Origin: Methanomicrobiales archaeon | GTDB lineage: Archaea; Halobacteriota; Methanomicrobia; Methanomicrobiales; Methanospirillaceae | Length of the DNA: 39,213 nucleotides | Direction: 5' to 3' | Assembly (NCBI GenBank): GCA_037137755.1 | Contig: JBAXJR010000022.1 | Coordinates: 1-39,213, forward strand | In this document: piece after piece, positions 18,703 through 26,669 of the stretch | Position numbering within the stretch: position 1 is the stretch's first letter | Layout of the letters: every line of letters begins with the position of its first letter | The notes under the pieces: model-generated | The model's input: the letters and a program-made list of their open reading frames with translations, nothing else | What the model was told of the DNA's origin: nothing | Database searches by the model: none | Program-made: the position numbers and the translations under genes

Positions 18703-20415
18703 CTATACAATAAAAAACGGGATGCCAACTAGCTTTTCGAAAAATTCAGCCTTAATAACGGCCTTTTGCTTTTCAGGAATGACATCCTGGGTCGGGGTAA
18801 TTATGCATTCCACCCTGTCCGGGTGGATAATACAATGCGCCGACTCCACAGCCCCCTTGTGCCGGAAATCAAGCCCGTCAGCGATTCGGAGGAGCGCGGA
18901 AAGTATGTTAGTCCGCTGCTGGTCCCCGGGTGAAAGAATGGAAAACAGGACATAGACAGGAGGACATTGGCTTCCCTGGTGAGTTCCTGCAACAAGGCTG
19001 ATAATTGAACGTTCCGCAACACCGAACGGGATATGTTCATCTGACAGGATGAGTTCCCTGATTTCCTCGCCGTGTCCTTTTTTTCCTGATTTCCAGCCAA
19101 TATCATGAAGAATCGCAGCACATTCGAGGAGAAAACGGGAACGCTCATTCATCTGGTGAAGCGGCACGAGATCGTCAAATAGTGCAAGTGCCATCGCAGT
19201 CACCCGGCGTGAATGGAGTAACCCTTCCGGATAGACCATGGCAAGTTGCATGACAGCCAGGCGGGATGCGTCGATATCTGCACCTTTTGGAAGATACTGG
19301 TTTTTTACACCTGTTACCAAAACCTGCCGGAGGTCGTTCCAGGTACCGGAACGAACGATTGTTTCCCAATACCGTACAAACTTGCGGTAAAGGGCAGTCC
19401 GTTCTTTTTCCCGGTTCGCTAGGAATAATTTCAGACCGGTAATTTCTATTGAAGAGGGGCGGTTTGACTCAGTAACAGGCCGGAGCCGGGAACGTTCTTT
19501 TAAAAGGATGCGTGTCACCCTGTCTATCCATACATCACAATCGTGGAGATTGCCAAGGATTTCCTGGAGTTGTGTGACCCTTCCGGCGGGTTTTCTTAAC
19601 CCTAACCGGTACACCTGTGCGTAGACTTCCATCGTATAGCGGAGTTTTTTTGTTGCGATCCTCATAGCATGGTGTTCTGCTATGGCATCAGGGTGATGTA
19701 CCCAGGGCGAAAAGGAGAGCAGTGCATCAAGTTGTCTCACGATATGGTCAGCAGCTACCGGGGGGATACCACTAACTGATGCCTTTTTTCTTCCGGTTCC
19801 AGACCGATCAATCAGGGACTGGGCCATTCCCCGCATGGCAGAAAGATCCTGGCGCTTTTCGAGGCGTTCAACTGATGCAATAACATCCTGTTGCAACAAG
19901 ACCCTCCGGTTTTTAAGGCCTGCCAGGAGGTAGTCAATACCCGGGACCAGTGGCGTACCGGGGGAGGAGACCACTCCAGCCAGCGATTTTTGGTGCGCGA
20001 TTGTCCGCTTCCGGAATTTTTTAAGGAATGCGACCTGGACATCTATATCCCGTGCCTCGCCAAGCACCCGGGTTATCTGCCGGACTTCTTCCAGCCACGC
20101 ATCGTATTTCTTACCAGGAAAACATAACGCGAAAAGGGGCATTGCAGCCCGTAAACGCCGGCTTGCAACCCTCATGCGGTGAATGCACTCAATATCCTCT
20201 GCCTCTTTTACACCGTTCGTTTCTGCGGTAAGGGCATCGATCTTGGGGACCAGCTGATTTGCTCCATAAAGACACATCCCCCGGACCCTGGCAGGTTGAA
20301 GAGACGGCCCCGCCACACCTTGAGCCCCGGATGTTTCAGGTATTAAGCCCATATCCCGGGTATTGACGGGAGATGGGGCTGCAGGTTCTGCATTAGATAG
20401 ACGGGGTGGTGACAC
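18703..20415 (-). CDS. CHAD domain fused to a Ppx/GppA-like HD domain
   Basis: CHAD: IHRMRVASRRLRA, LGEARDIDV, HAMRIATKKLRY, LQEILGNLHDCDV; HD: HSRRV...AAILHDIG...H...H...LRIADGLD; start uncertain (GTG 20415 or a downstream ATG). Confidence 0.9.
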   Translation of the reverse strand: MSPPRLSNAEPAAPSPVNTRDMGLIPETSGAQGVAGPSLQPARVRGMCLYGANQLVPKIDALTAETNGVKEAEDIECIHRMRVASRRLRAAMPLFALCFPGKKYDAWLEEVRQITRVLGEARDIDVQVAFLKKFRKRTIAHQKSLAGVVSSPGTPLVPGIDYLLAGLKNRRVLLQQDVIASVERLEKRQDLSAMRGMAQSLIDRSGTGRKKASVSGIPPVAADHIVRQLDALLSFSPWVHHPDAIAEHHAMRIATKKLRYTMEVYAQVYRLGLRKPAGRVTQLQEILGNLHDCDVWIDRVTRILLKERSRLRPVTESNRPSSIEITGLKLFLANREKERTALYRKFVRYWETIVRSGTWNDLRQVLVTGVKNQYLPKGADIDASRLAVMQLAMVYPEGLLHSRRVTAMALALFDDLVPLHQMNERSRFLLECAAILHDIGWKSGKKGHGEEIRELILSDEHIPFGVAERSIISLVAGTHQGSQCPPVYVLFSILSPGDQQRTNILSALLRIADGLDFRHKGAVESAHCIIHPDRVECIITPTQDVIPEKQKAVIKAEFFEKLVGIPFFIV

Positions 20416-20634
20416 AGGTAGTCAGGATAACCATTATGCTCTGCATATATTAGTGTTTATTTTCTCATTGAAGCGTCGGGTAACAGACCTCACTTCCTGT
20501 TTTGATATTTTTTGTACCCGTGGGTGGGTACCTGCATAACCTGATGCAACCCGATATGTTCACTCAACCGGATTTCCATCGGAGGTCTACCTTCCTTTGC
20601 ATAGATTCTTATTTTTTAACATGCCTTTTCTGGT

Positions 20635-20985
20635 ATGGACATACCGCTGTTCACCGATATAATCCGGGTATTTACAAATTTTTTTGGAATTGTCGGGGCA
20701 GCAATTATTATCTTTGGCGGGATCGCGGCAACAGTGAATATCATTCTCCTCGAAGCCAGGAAGAAAAAGATCACTTACAATGAAATAAGGGCGGATTTAA
20801 CAGGAAAAATTGTATTCGGGCTCGATTTTTTTATCGCGGGCGATGTTCTCACCACAGTCCTCAACCCTTCAATGAGTGACCTGTTTACCCTCGGGGCCGT
20901 AGTAGTTATCCGGACAATCCTTGGTTATTTCCTGTCAAAAGAAAATAGTTCACTGGAACCGGTAACTCCATCCGGGCCGGGGTAA
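20635..20985 (+). CDS. DUF1622 membrane protein
   Basis: IR..L..KIVFGLDFFIAGDVLTTV.NPS...LGAVVVIRTILGYFL.KE. Confidence 0.88.
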   Translation: MDIPLFTDIIRVFTNFFGIVGAAIIIFGGIAATVNIILLEARKKKITYNEIRADLTGKIVFGLDFFIAGDVLTTVLNPSMSDLFTLGAVVVIRTILGYFLSKENSSLEPVTPSGPG

Positions 20986-21130
20986 TTTCAGGCCCCGTAT
21001 TTAAATCCCGACGGGGCAGATCAGGAATAATCAAGCACCCCCTGGTAACCAGTAGATGTGCCGGGGACGGTTGCACGATATCTGGTTTTAAATCCAGCCC
21101 GGTCAGATAGTATAACAAGGGACGGATGAA

Positions 21131-21748
21131 ATGGCATTTACATATTTTTTCAGGGATCGCCACCCGCTTGAACGGGCTATTGATTACCTGCTGCCGTCGA
21201 TTATCAGCTCATCACATGTCCAAATCTGGAGTGCCGGTTCTGCAATGGGGCCGGAACCCTATACCATCGCGATCCTTCTCCGCGAACGGCTTGGCTACCA
21301 CCAGTTTCGCAATATCAAAATATTGGCCACTGATATTGATATTTCTAATAATTTTGGAAAAACAATCACCGCAGGGAGCTACCATACTAGTGATCTCCAG
21401 CGACTCCCACCGAATATATACGATCGGTACTTCAGCCCGGACCCACAAGCCCCTGAATACTCAACAATATCAAGCGAATTGCGTTCTGCCGTGGAATTTC
21501 ATCGTCATGACCTCCTCACCTATAACCCGGTAGCTACCGGGGTCAAGCTCATTGTCTGCAAGAATGTCCTACTCCATTTCACGGATGAGGAACGGGTCCA
21601 TGTCCTCACAATGTTCCATCATGCACTTTCAGATGATGGCGTACTCCTCCATGAACATACGCAGAAGATGCCTGCTGAACTTGATGGGATGTTTGAACAG
21701 GTGTTTACCGATGCCCAGATTTTTCGAAAAAAGGGGGTGAACGTATAA
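21131..21748 (+). CDS. CheR-family SAM-dependent methyltransferase, catalytic domain only
   Basis: Starts directly at TYFFRD; IWSAG..MGPEPYTIA; ILATDID; F.RHDLL; LIVCKNVLLHF. Confidence 0.88.
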   Translation: MAFTYFFRDRHPLERAIDYLLPSIISSSHVQIWSAGSAMGPEPYTIAILLRERLGYHQFRNIKILATDIDISNNFGKTITAGSYHTSDLQRLPPNIYDRYFSPDPQAPEYSTISSELRSAVEFHRHDLLTYNPVATGVKLIVCKNVLLHFTDEERVHVLTMFHHALSDDGVLLHEHTQKMPAELDGMFEQVFTDAQIFRKKGVNV

Positions 21749-22347
21749 AAATTAAGAACCTGACCCCCAATAGCGACGTGTATACTTCAAATGTATACCT
21801 GGTAACGGGAACAAATAATGCGATTTCAGATGTTAATACCCTGGTCGATGTGGGAAGGGACCCAAAAATTCTTGAAAGCCTCCCAAATGAATCTACCGGG
21901 ATCGGGAAACGGGCCGTGGAACAGGTAATTATCACCCATAACCATTACGACCACACCGGTATGCTCAAACCGATTATCGAGCGGTACCATCCACGGGTAT
22001 GTGCCTTTTCACACAACCTCGCCGGTGTAAGTATTCTTCTTAAAGATGAGGAGGAATTTATTGCCGGTGACCGTCAGTTTGAGGTAATGCATATCCCCGG
22101 ACATTCGAGTGACTCAATCTGCCTGTATTGCAGAGATGACGGGGTCCTTTTTGCAGGTGATACACCGGTCATAATCCGGTTTGCTGGAGAAACCTATACA
22201 GCATCCTTCCTGCAGGCACTTGAGAAGATTTGCCGGAAAAATGTCAGGATAATCTATTTCGGGCACGGCCCACCAAAGACCGATGGATGTAACCAGGCCC
22301 TTGCCGAATCACTTCTCCATGTCAGGGAAAGCACGATCATCCCCTAA
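21745..22347 (+). CDS. Metallo-beta-lactamase-fold hydrolase
   Basis: SNVYLV, LVDVG, THNHYDHTG, HIPGHS, LFAGD, YFGHG; the best SD-supported start is ATA 21745 (the ORF track uses GTG 21778). Confidence 0.88.
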   Translation: MKIKNLTPNSDVYTSNVYLVTGTNNAISDVNTLVDVGRDPKILESLPNESTGIGKRAVEQVIITHNHYDHTGMLKPIIERYHPRVCAFSHNLAGVSILLKDEEEFIAGDRQFEVMHIPGHSSDSICLYCRDDGVLFAGDTPVIIRFAGETYTASFLQALEKICRKNVRIIYFGHGPPKTDGCNQALAESLLHVRESTIIP

Positions 22348-22461
22348 AAAGTAGGAACGGGTTTTTCCCGTTGACTGATATCCTGGAACATCCCGACGGA
22401 ATCTGATTTGCCTGGTTCATGCTGTAGATTATGTATATATAGCCTATTGTAAAATTGGAGT

Positions 22462-22653
22462 GTGGCATTTCACCCTCCACCTGTTGATATCCATGCAGAC
22501 CAGGACGCAACAACACCACATATTCCCCATGCGAAAAATGGTGATGGTGTTCAAAAACGAAGTGATACTATCAAGGTAGTGGAATTCCTCCTGGGCGATG
22601 AACATTTAGCCGTCGACCTCTTTTTGAAAAGTTATATTACATTTGGAACGTAA
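22462..22653 (+). pseudogene. Truncated cheW fragment
   Basis: IKVVEFLLGDEHLAVDLF (22570-22623) matches the first two strands of CheW; similarity then stops and the frame ends 9 codons later. Confidence 0.65.
22624..22639 (+). promoter_or_regulatory. Putative archaeal BRE/TATA promoter for the zinc-ribbon-TPR gene
   Basis: TTGAAAAG-TTATATTA about 32 bp upstream of ATG 22671. Confidence 0.45.
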
Positions 22654-22670
22654 TGTCCTTTACGATTGCC

Positions 22671-23165
22671 ATGTACTGCCCTGGTTGTGGAGAGAAAAAC
22701 TGTGATACCGATGCCACCTGTACGAAGTGCGGGTTAGACCTCGCCCGACTCAGAATAGTCATCGCAGAAGGTGACATGTATACCGGTAGTACTGGGGGGG
22801 GAGAGGCGTTTCCTGATGAAGCCATTCTTCCCGAAAACAGCACCACGGCAGATAATAACACAGGGGACTGCCATAAGGGGGATATTGCCCCTGAATTATC
22901 CGTCGAACCGGCAGTTTTAGATCATTCAGATCCGGTCCAACTGAAAGAACGCGGGAACGAGCTGTTCAGGGAGGAGAAATTCATGGACGCATTGGATTGC
23001 TATGAAAAGGCACTCGCTATTGACCAGTTCTACCAGGAGGCATGGTATAATAAATCGATCGTCCTCAAAAAAATTGGCCGTCAGGACCAGTCAAAAGTAT
23101 GCTGGGGCATCTATAAACGGCTCAGTTCGGGTGTACCCAAAGCACAAAAAAACAGTCAGGAATGA
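22671..23165 (+). CDS. Zinc-ribbon plus TPR protein
   Basis: MYCPGCGEKN...CTKCG; acidic linker; TPR KERGNELF...ALDCYEKALAID...AWYNK. Confidence 0.82.
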   Translation: MYCPGCGEKNCDTDATCTKCGLDLARLRIVIAEGDMYTGSTGGGEAFPDEAILPENSTTADNNTGDCHKGDIAPELSVEPAVLDHSDPVQLKERGNELFREEKFMDALDCYEKALAIDQFYQEAWYNKSIVLKKIGRQDQSKVCWGIYKRLSSGVPKAQKNSQE

Positions 23166-23295
23166 TCTTCCCCATGGATACCGGCAATGTTATCACCCTC
23201 GAGTACCCGCGTATACCCGTATGGTTCGTTCAGCAGAAGCCATTTATTACTTCCCGTTCCAGCTTGGGTAAGAATATGATAGTGGAGTGGTAAGA

Positions 23296-23712
23296 ATGAA
23301 GAAACAGAAAATAATGTTTATTGCCCTGATGCTGGGGCTTGCGGTCCTGGTAGTCCCGATAGTGTCGGCATCAGCCTTCCCCTTTGGAAACAGCGTGATT
23401 AAAAGCGAATCCGAATTTTCCGGCGATGCCGTTGTGAATGAGACCATTGATCTGAAATGGACTACAGGGACGGATACCTATGAATGGGGCCAGTCATCCG
23501 TGTACAACAACACGTTGGGCCAGAAGACCCAGTCCGTCCTGAATATCAGGCAGGAGAATGGAAGTATGACCTGGTCATACCAGAGAAACGGCAATAGTAT
23601 CCCATTACAGCCATCGGTGAACCATTATACAGATAATCAGGCTATCATAAAACCACAATACCGCCTCCCATATCCGGCGATCAGGTTTTTGCCAGGCATC
23701 CAGTTCATCTAA
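23296..23712 (+). CDS. Secreted hypothetical protein
   Basis: MKKQK plus hydrophobic stretch ending VSASA; GGAGTGG upstream. Confidence 0.7.
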   Translation: MKKQKIMFIALMLGLAVLVVPIVSASAFPFGNSVIKSESEFSGDAVVNETIDLKWTTGTDTYEWGQSSVYNNTLGQKTQSVLNIRQENGSMTWSYQRNGNSIPLQPSVNHYTDNQAIIKPQYRLPYPAIRFLPGIQFI

Positions 23713-23892
23713 TAATTACATAATTTTTCCAATGAAAATTTTTGATCCAACAACGCTATGGGTGTAAAAAAATGGCCTTTCAAATTTTCATTGCTTTGGT
23801 GCGAAGCCATCCAGCTTCATGCAAGTTTTTTTTAGGAAATTGTTTTTTTTAGACCCGGGTTTCATTTCCCGTAACCAGCAAAATACACAACG

Positions 23893-24384
23893 TTACGCTT
23901 TCCCACTCCTGCTAATGAGAGACTTCCTGACTTCCTCTGCATGACCCTTTACCCTGACCTTTCGCCAGACTTCTACAATCTTGCCCTCAGGGCTTACCAG
24001 GAAGGTATCACGTTCTGTCCCGAGCAATTCCTTTCCGAACATGACCTTCGGCTTCCATGCATCATATTCCTTCAGGACGTGGTGGTCGGTGTCACTCAGT
24101 AAAATTACGGTAAGGTTATGTTTCTTGGCAAACCGCTGGTGACTCTCGGGGGAATCCCCGCTCACACCAATAACCTGGGCACCGAGCGCTGCAAACTGTT
24201 CAAGCGCGGCTGAAAACGTGATAGCTTCAAGAGTACATCCAGGGGTATTATCTTTCGGATAAAAGTATAGTATGACCCATTTCCCACGAAATGACTGGAG
24301 ACATACCTCTTTTCCCTCTGCATCGGGAAGACAGAAACCCGGCGCCTGCCGGCTGATGAACTCGTCATTATCTGTTGTTACCAT
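23893..24384 (-). CDS. bcp: Peroxiredoxin, BCP/PrxQ family
   Basis: LYFYPKDNTPGCTLEA, GVSGD..ESH..F, LLSD, RDTFLV..EGKI, V.GHAEEV. Confidence 0.92.
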   Translation of the reverse strand: MVTTDNDEFISRQAPGFCLPDAEGKEVCLQSFRGKWVILYFYPKDNTPGCTLEAITFSAALEQFAALGAQVIGVSGDSPESHQRFAKKHNLTVILLSDTDHHVLKEYDAWKPKVMFGKELLGTERDTFLVSPEGKIVEVWRKVRVKGHAEEVRKSLISRSGKA

Positions 24385-24574
24385 TGCAACCAGTTCGATA
24401 ATAGCCCATTAGGGTATTTCAATGTATGGCAGGCTCAATCAGGTATGGATTCTGCCATAAAAGAACCGGGTTAGTGGATTTTCTCTGACTAGCATCCTTC
24501 AATAGAAAGATGCCCCCTGCCCTGTCGCAGATTTCATTTCAACTGGCAACTGGCGCACATATTCCAGATACTCC

Positions 24575-24925
24575 CTACTTTTCCGCCTCATTATCCCCGC
24601 TGGCTTTTTCACCGGTCTCCTCCCGGAAGAAATCAACCCATGCCTGCCGTGCCTCTTTCTGGATTATGTTTTCTCTGAGATACATAAAGAGGGCATATAT
24701 TACAAGGAGGTACGCGAGCGTCCGGATGATAATTAACGGCAGGGTAAGAGGTACCTTCAGCCCGGCAAGTGTCGCTGCATGCGACACCCCGAAAAGGCCG
24801 AACGCAACCCCTACAAAGAGGGGAAGTTTTTCACCGCTCTTTTTAAAAATGAGGAACCCAAGTACCAGGATGATCATACAAAGTACCAGGTTGATGAAAA
24901 TAATCGGGTCCCATTCTATTGCCAT
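24575..24925 (-). CDS. Small 3-TM membrane protein (116 aa)
   Basis: ATG 24925 with GGTGA SD; three hydrophobic segments with FGLFGVSH and IRTLAY; charged C-terminal tail. Confidence 0.8.
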   Translation of the reverse strand: MAIEWDPIIFINLVLCMIILVLGFLIFKKSGEKLPLFVGVAFGLFGVSHAATLAGLKVPLTLPLIIIRTLAYLLVIYALFMYLRENIIQKEARQAWVDFFREETGEKASGDNEAEK

Positions 24926-25056
24926 ACCATGCTCACCATTGAAATAATCTATCTGTATATAGTCGCAATTTGATATTAATCTGGAAGGTATGGAATTTTC
25001 AGAATTACCCGGCACATGGGATGCGGGGTGTACCGCATTACAGGAGTAATCAGAGG

Positions 25057-25410
25057 GTGGAGATAACGGATATAACGAGAATTGGAACGATTGATACGGT
25101 AACCATGATGGGGAGAGTTGATTCCGACACCGCAGGAACTCTCGAAAAAACACTTACCGATCTCATGTCAGCCGGATCTAAAGAGATTGTTTGCGATTTC
25201 TCATCAACTACCTATATCAGTAGTGCAGGCCTCCGTGTTCTGCTCTCGGTGACAAAAACACTGGTCCGTTCGCAGGGGAGGATCGTCCTCTGTTCACTCC
25301 GCCCCAATGTAGCTCTGGTATTTACCATTGCCGGGTTCAACCAGATAATGAAGATATATCCGACGCGGGATGCTGCAATCAAAGTTTTGGCAGGAGATTC
25401 CGGCCCTTGA
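25057..25410 (+). CDS. STAS-domain protein (anti-sigma-factor antagonist, SpoIIAA/RsbV-like)
   Basis: GRVDSDTA..LE, IVCDFS...YISSAGLRVLL (phospho-acceptor Ser motif), VF.IAGF...IY; GTG 25057 preferred. Confidence 0.9.
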   Translation: MEITDITRIGTIDTVTMMGRVDSDTAGTLEKTLTDLMSAGSKEIVCDFSSTTYISSAGLRVLLSVTKTLVRSQGRIVLCSLRPNVALVFTIAGFNQIMKIYPTRDAAIKVLAGDSGP

Positions 25411-25577
25411 TATCTTGTTGAAGTCCCCTTTTTTCGGTTCCACGACAGGAACATGTACTGCATAGCCACGACCTGGTAAAGTGGTGCATTTAATCATAGA
25501 TCTGTGGTGTATATCCGATGTGTTTGCGCGATCCTACCCCCACAGTAAACAAAGTATCTTCCTGCCATATCGATATA

Positions 25578-25682
25578 TGGTGCGCCAATGCACCAGGATC
25601 ACGATTGCAATGCACAGTTTTTATTAAGATGCACCACAAAATGTTCAGAAGGTGCACCATTAGAGGATTGCACTTAATGCAG
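25578..25682. promoter_or_regulatory. Cluster of TGCAC(CA) motifs around a TATA-like box upstream of satP
   Basis: TGCAC at 25589, 25611, 25630, 25653 and 25669; palindrome TGGTGC-N6-GCACCA at 25578-25595; TTTTTATTAA at 25618-25627. Confidence 0.5.
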
Positions 25683-25813
25683 GCTGTAAATCAGGCCAGG
25701 TCTCCTGATGATCCCTTGCAGGACGGTCTCTGGCCCCAGGTATGGACCAGGATTATCCTGAGGAGGTCAAAAGGCAACCCGTTTAACAGCTTGTTTACCA
25801 GGAGAGGACATTA

Positions 25814-26404
25814 TTGACCGAAAACAAAGAAGTTGGAAGGAACGATATCTTCCTGACCGATAATACAGCCAACCCGGCACCACTCGGACTCTGTGCATTT
25901 GGTATGACGACATTGTTATTGAGCATTCACAATATTGGACTCACAACGTTGTCAAGCCCGATTCTTGCCATGACGATCTTTTACGGTGGGCTCGCACAAG
26001 TCATTGCCGGCATTATGGAATGGAAAAAGAATAATACATTCGGACTTGTTACATTCGGGAGTTTCGGATTTTTCTGGATCTCGTTTGCTACAATCCTGAT
26101 GCTCCCGGTACTTGGACTTGCAAAAGCACCAGGTCCTGCTGAATTCGCCGCATTCCTCGGTGTCTGGGGCATCTTTGCATTCGGGCTTTTTATCTGCACG
26201 ATAAAAATGCACAAGATCCTGATGATCACGCTCCTGGCAGTCGTGCTGCTGGTAATCCTCCTCATCGCAGCACAGTTAACTGGCAATCCCCTAATCCTCC
26301 AGCTCGGTGGTGCAATGGGGATCATCGCAGGCGGACTGGCACTTTATATTGGAATTGGACAACTTGTCAATGAGATCCATGGAAAAAAAGTGTTCCCGGT
26401 TTAA
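25814..26404 (+). CDS. satP: Acetate uptake transporter, SatP/YaaH/GPR1/FUN34 family
   Basis: Signature ANPAPLGLCAF, FYGGLAQ.IAG..E...NTFG...FG.FW; 6 TM; TTG start after GGAGAGGA. Confidence 0.92.
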   Translation: MTENKEVGRNDIFLTDNTANPAPLGLCAFGMTTLLLSIHNIGLTTLSSPILAMTIFYGGLAQVIAGIMEWKKNNTFGLVTFGSFGFFWISFATILMLPVLGLAKAPGPAEFAAFLGVWGIFAFGLFICTIKMHKILMITLLAVVLLVILLIAAQLTGNPLILQLGGAMGIIAGGLALYIGIGQLVNEIHGKKVFPV

Positions 26405-26669
26405 TCCCTTTTTTTATAACCCGGAAGGAATTTCCACCTACCAGGCAGTTTATTGTAACGGACCCTTTTTCCCTTTAAGTAAACCCGGGCCTGCTGAATC
26501 AAAAAGGTGAACTGACGCTGAACAGATAACCCGGAAACGACCCCCTGGTCTCCCTCAAACACCCGGCCAAAACGCTGCCAAAGGACCAGCCATCTTTTTT
26601 TTACCCATGCCTGACGTTCATTCGTTGGAATACAGCCGGTTTCAGCAATAACCAGGGCTATGGAGTGAT

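Noticed and set aside
24926-25153. N-terminal extensions in the ORF track for the membrane protein (to 25153) and STAS (from 24970)
   Set aside because: They would make the divergent genes overlap; internal starts at 24925 and 25057 match the domain boundaries.
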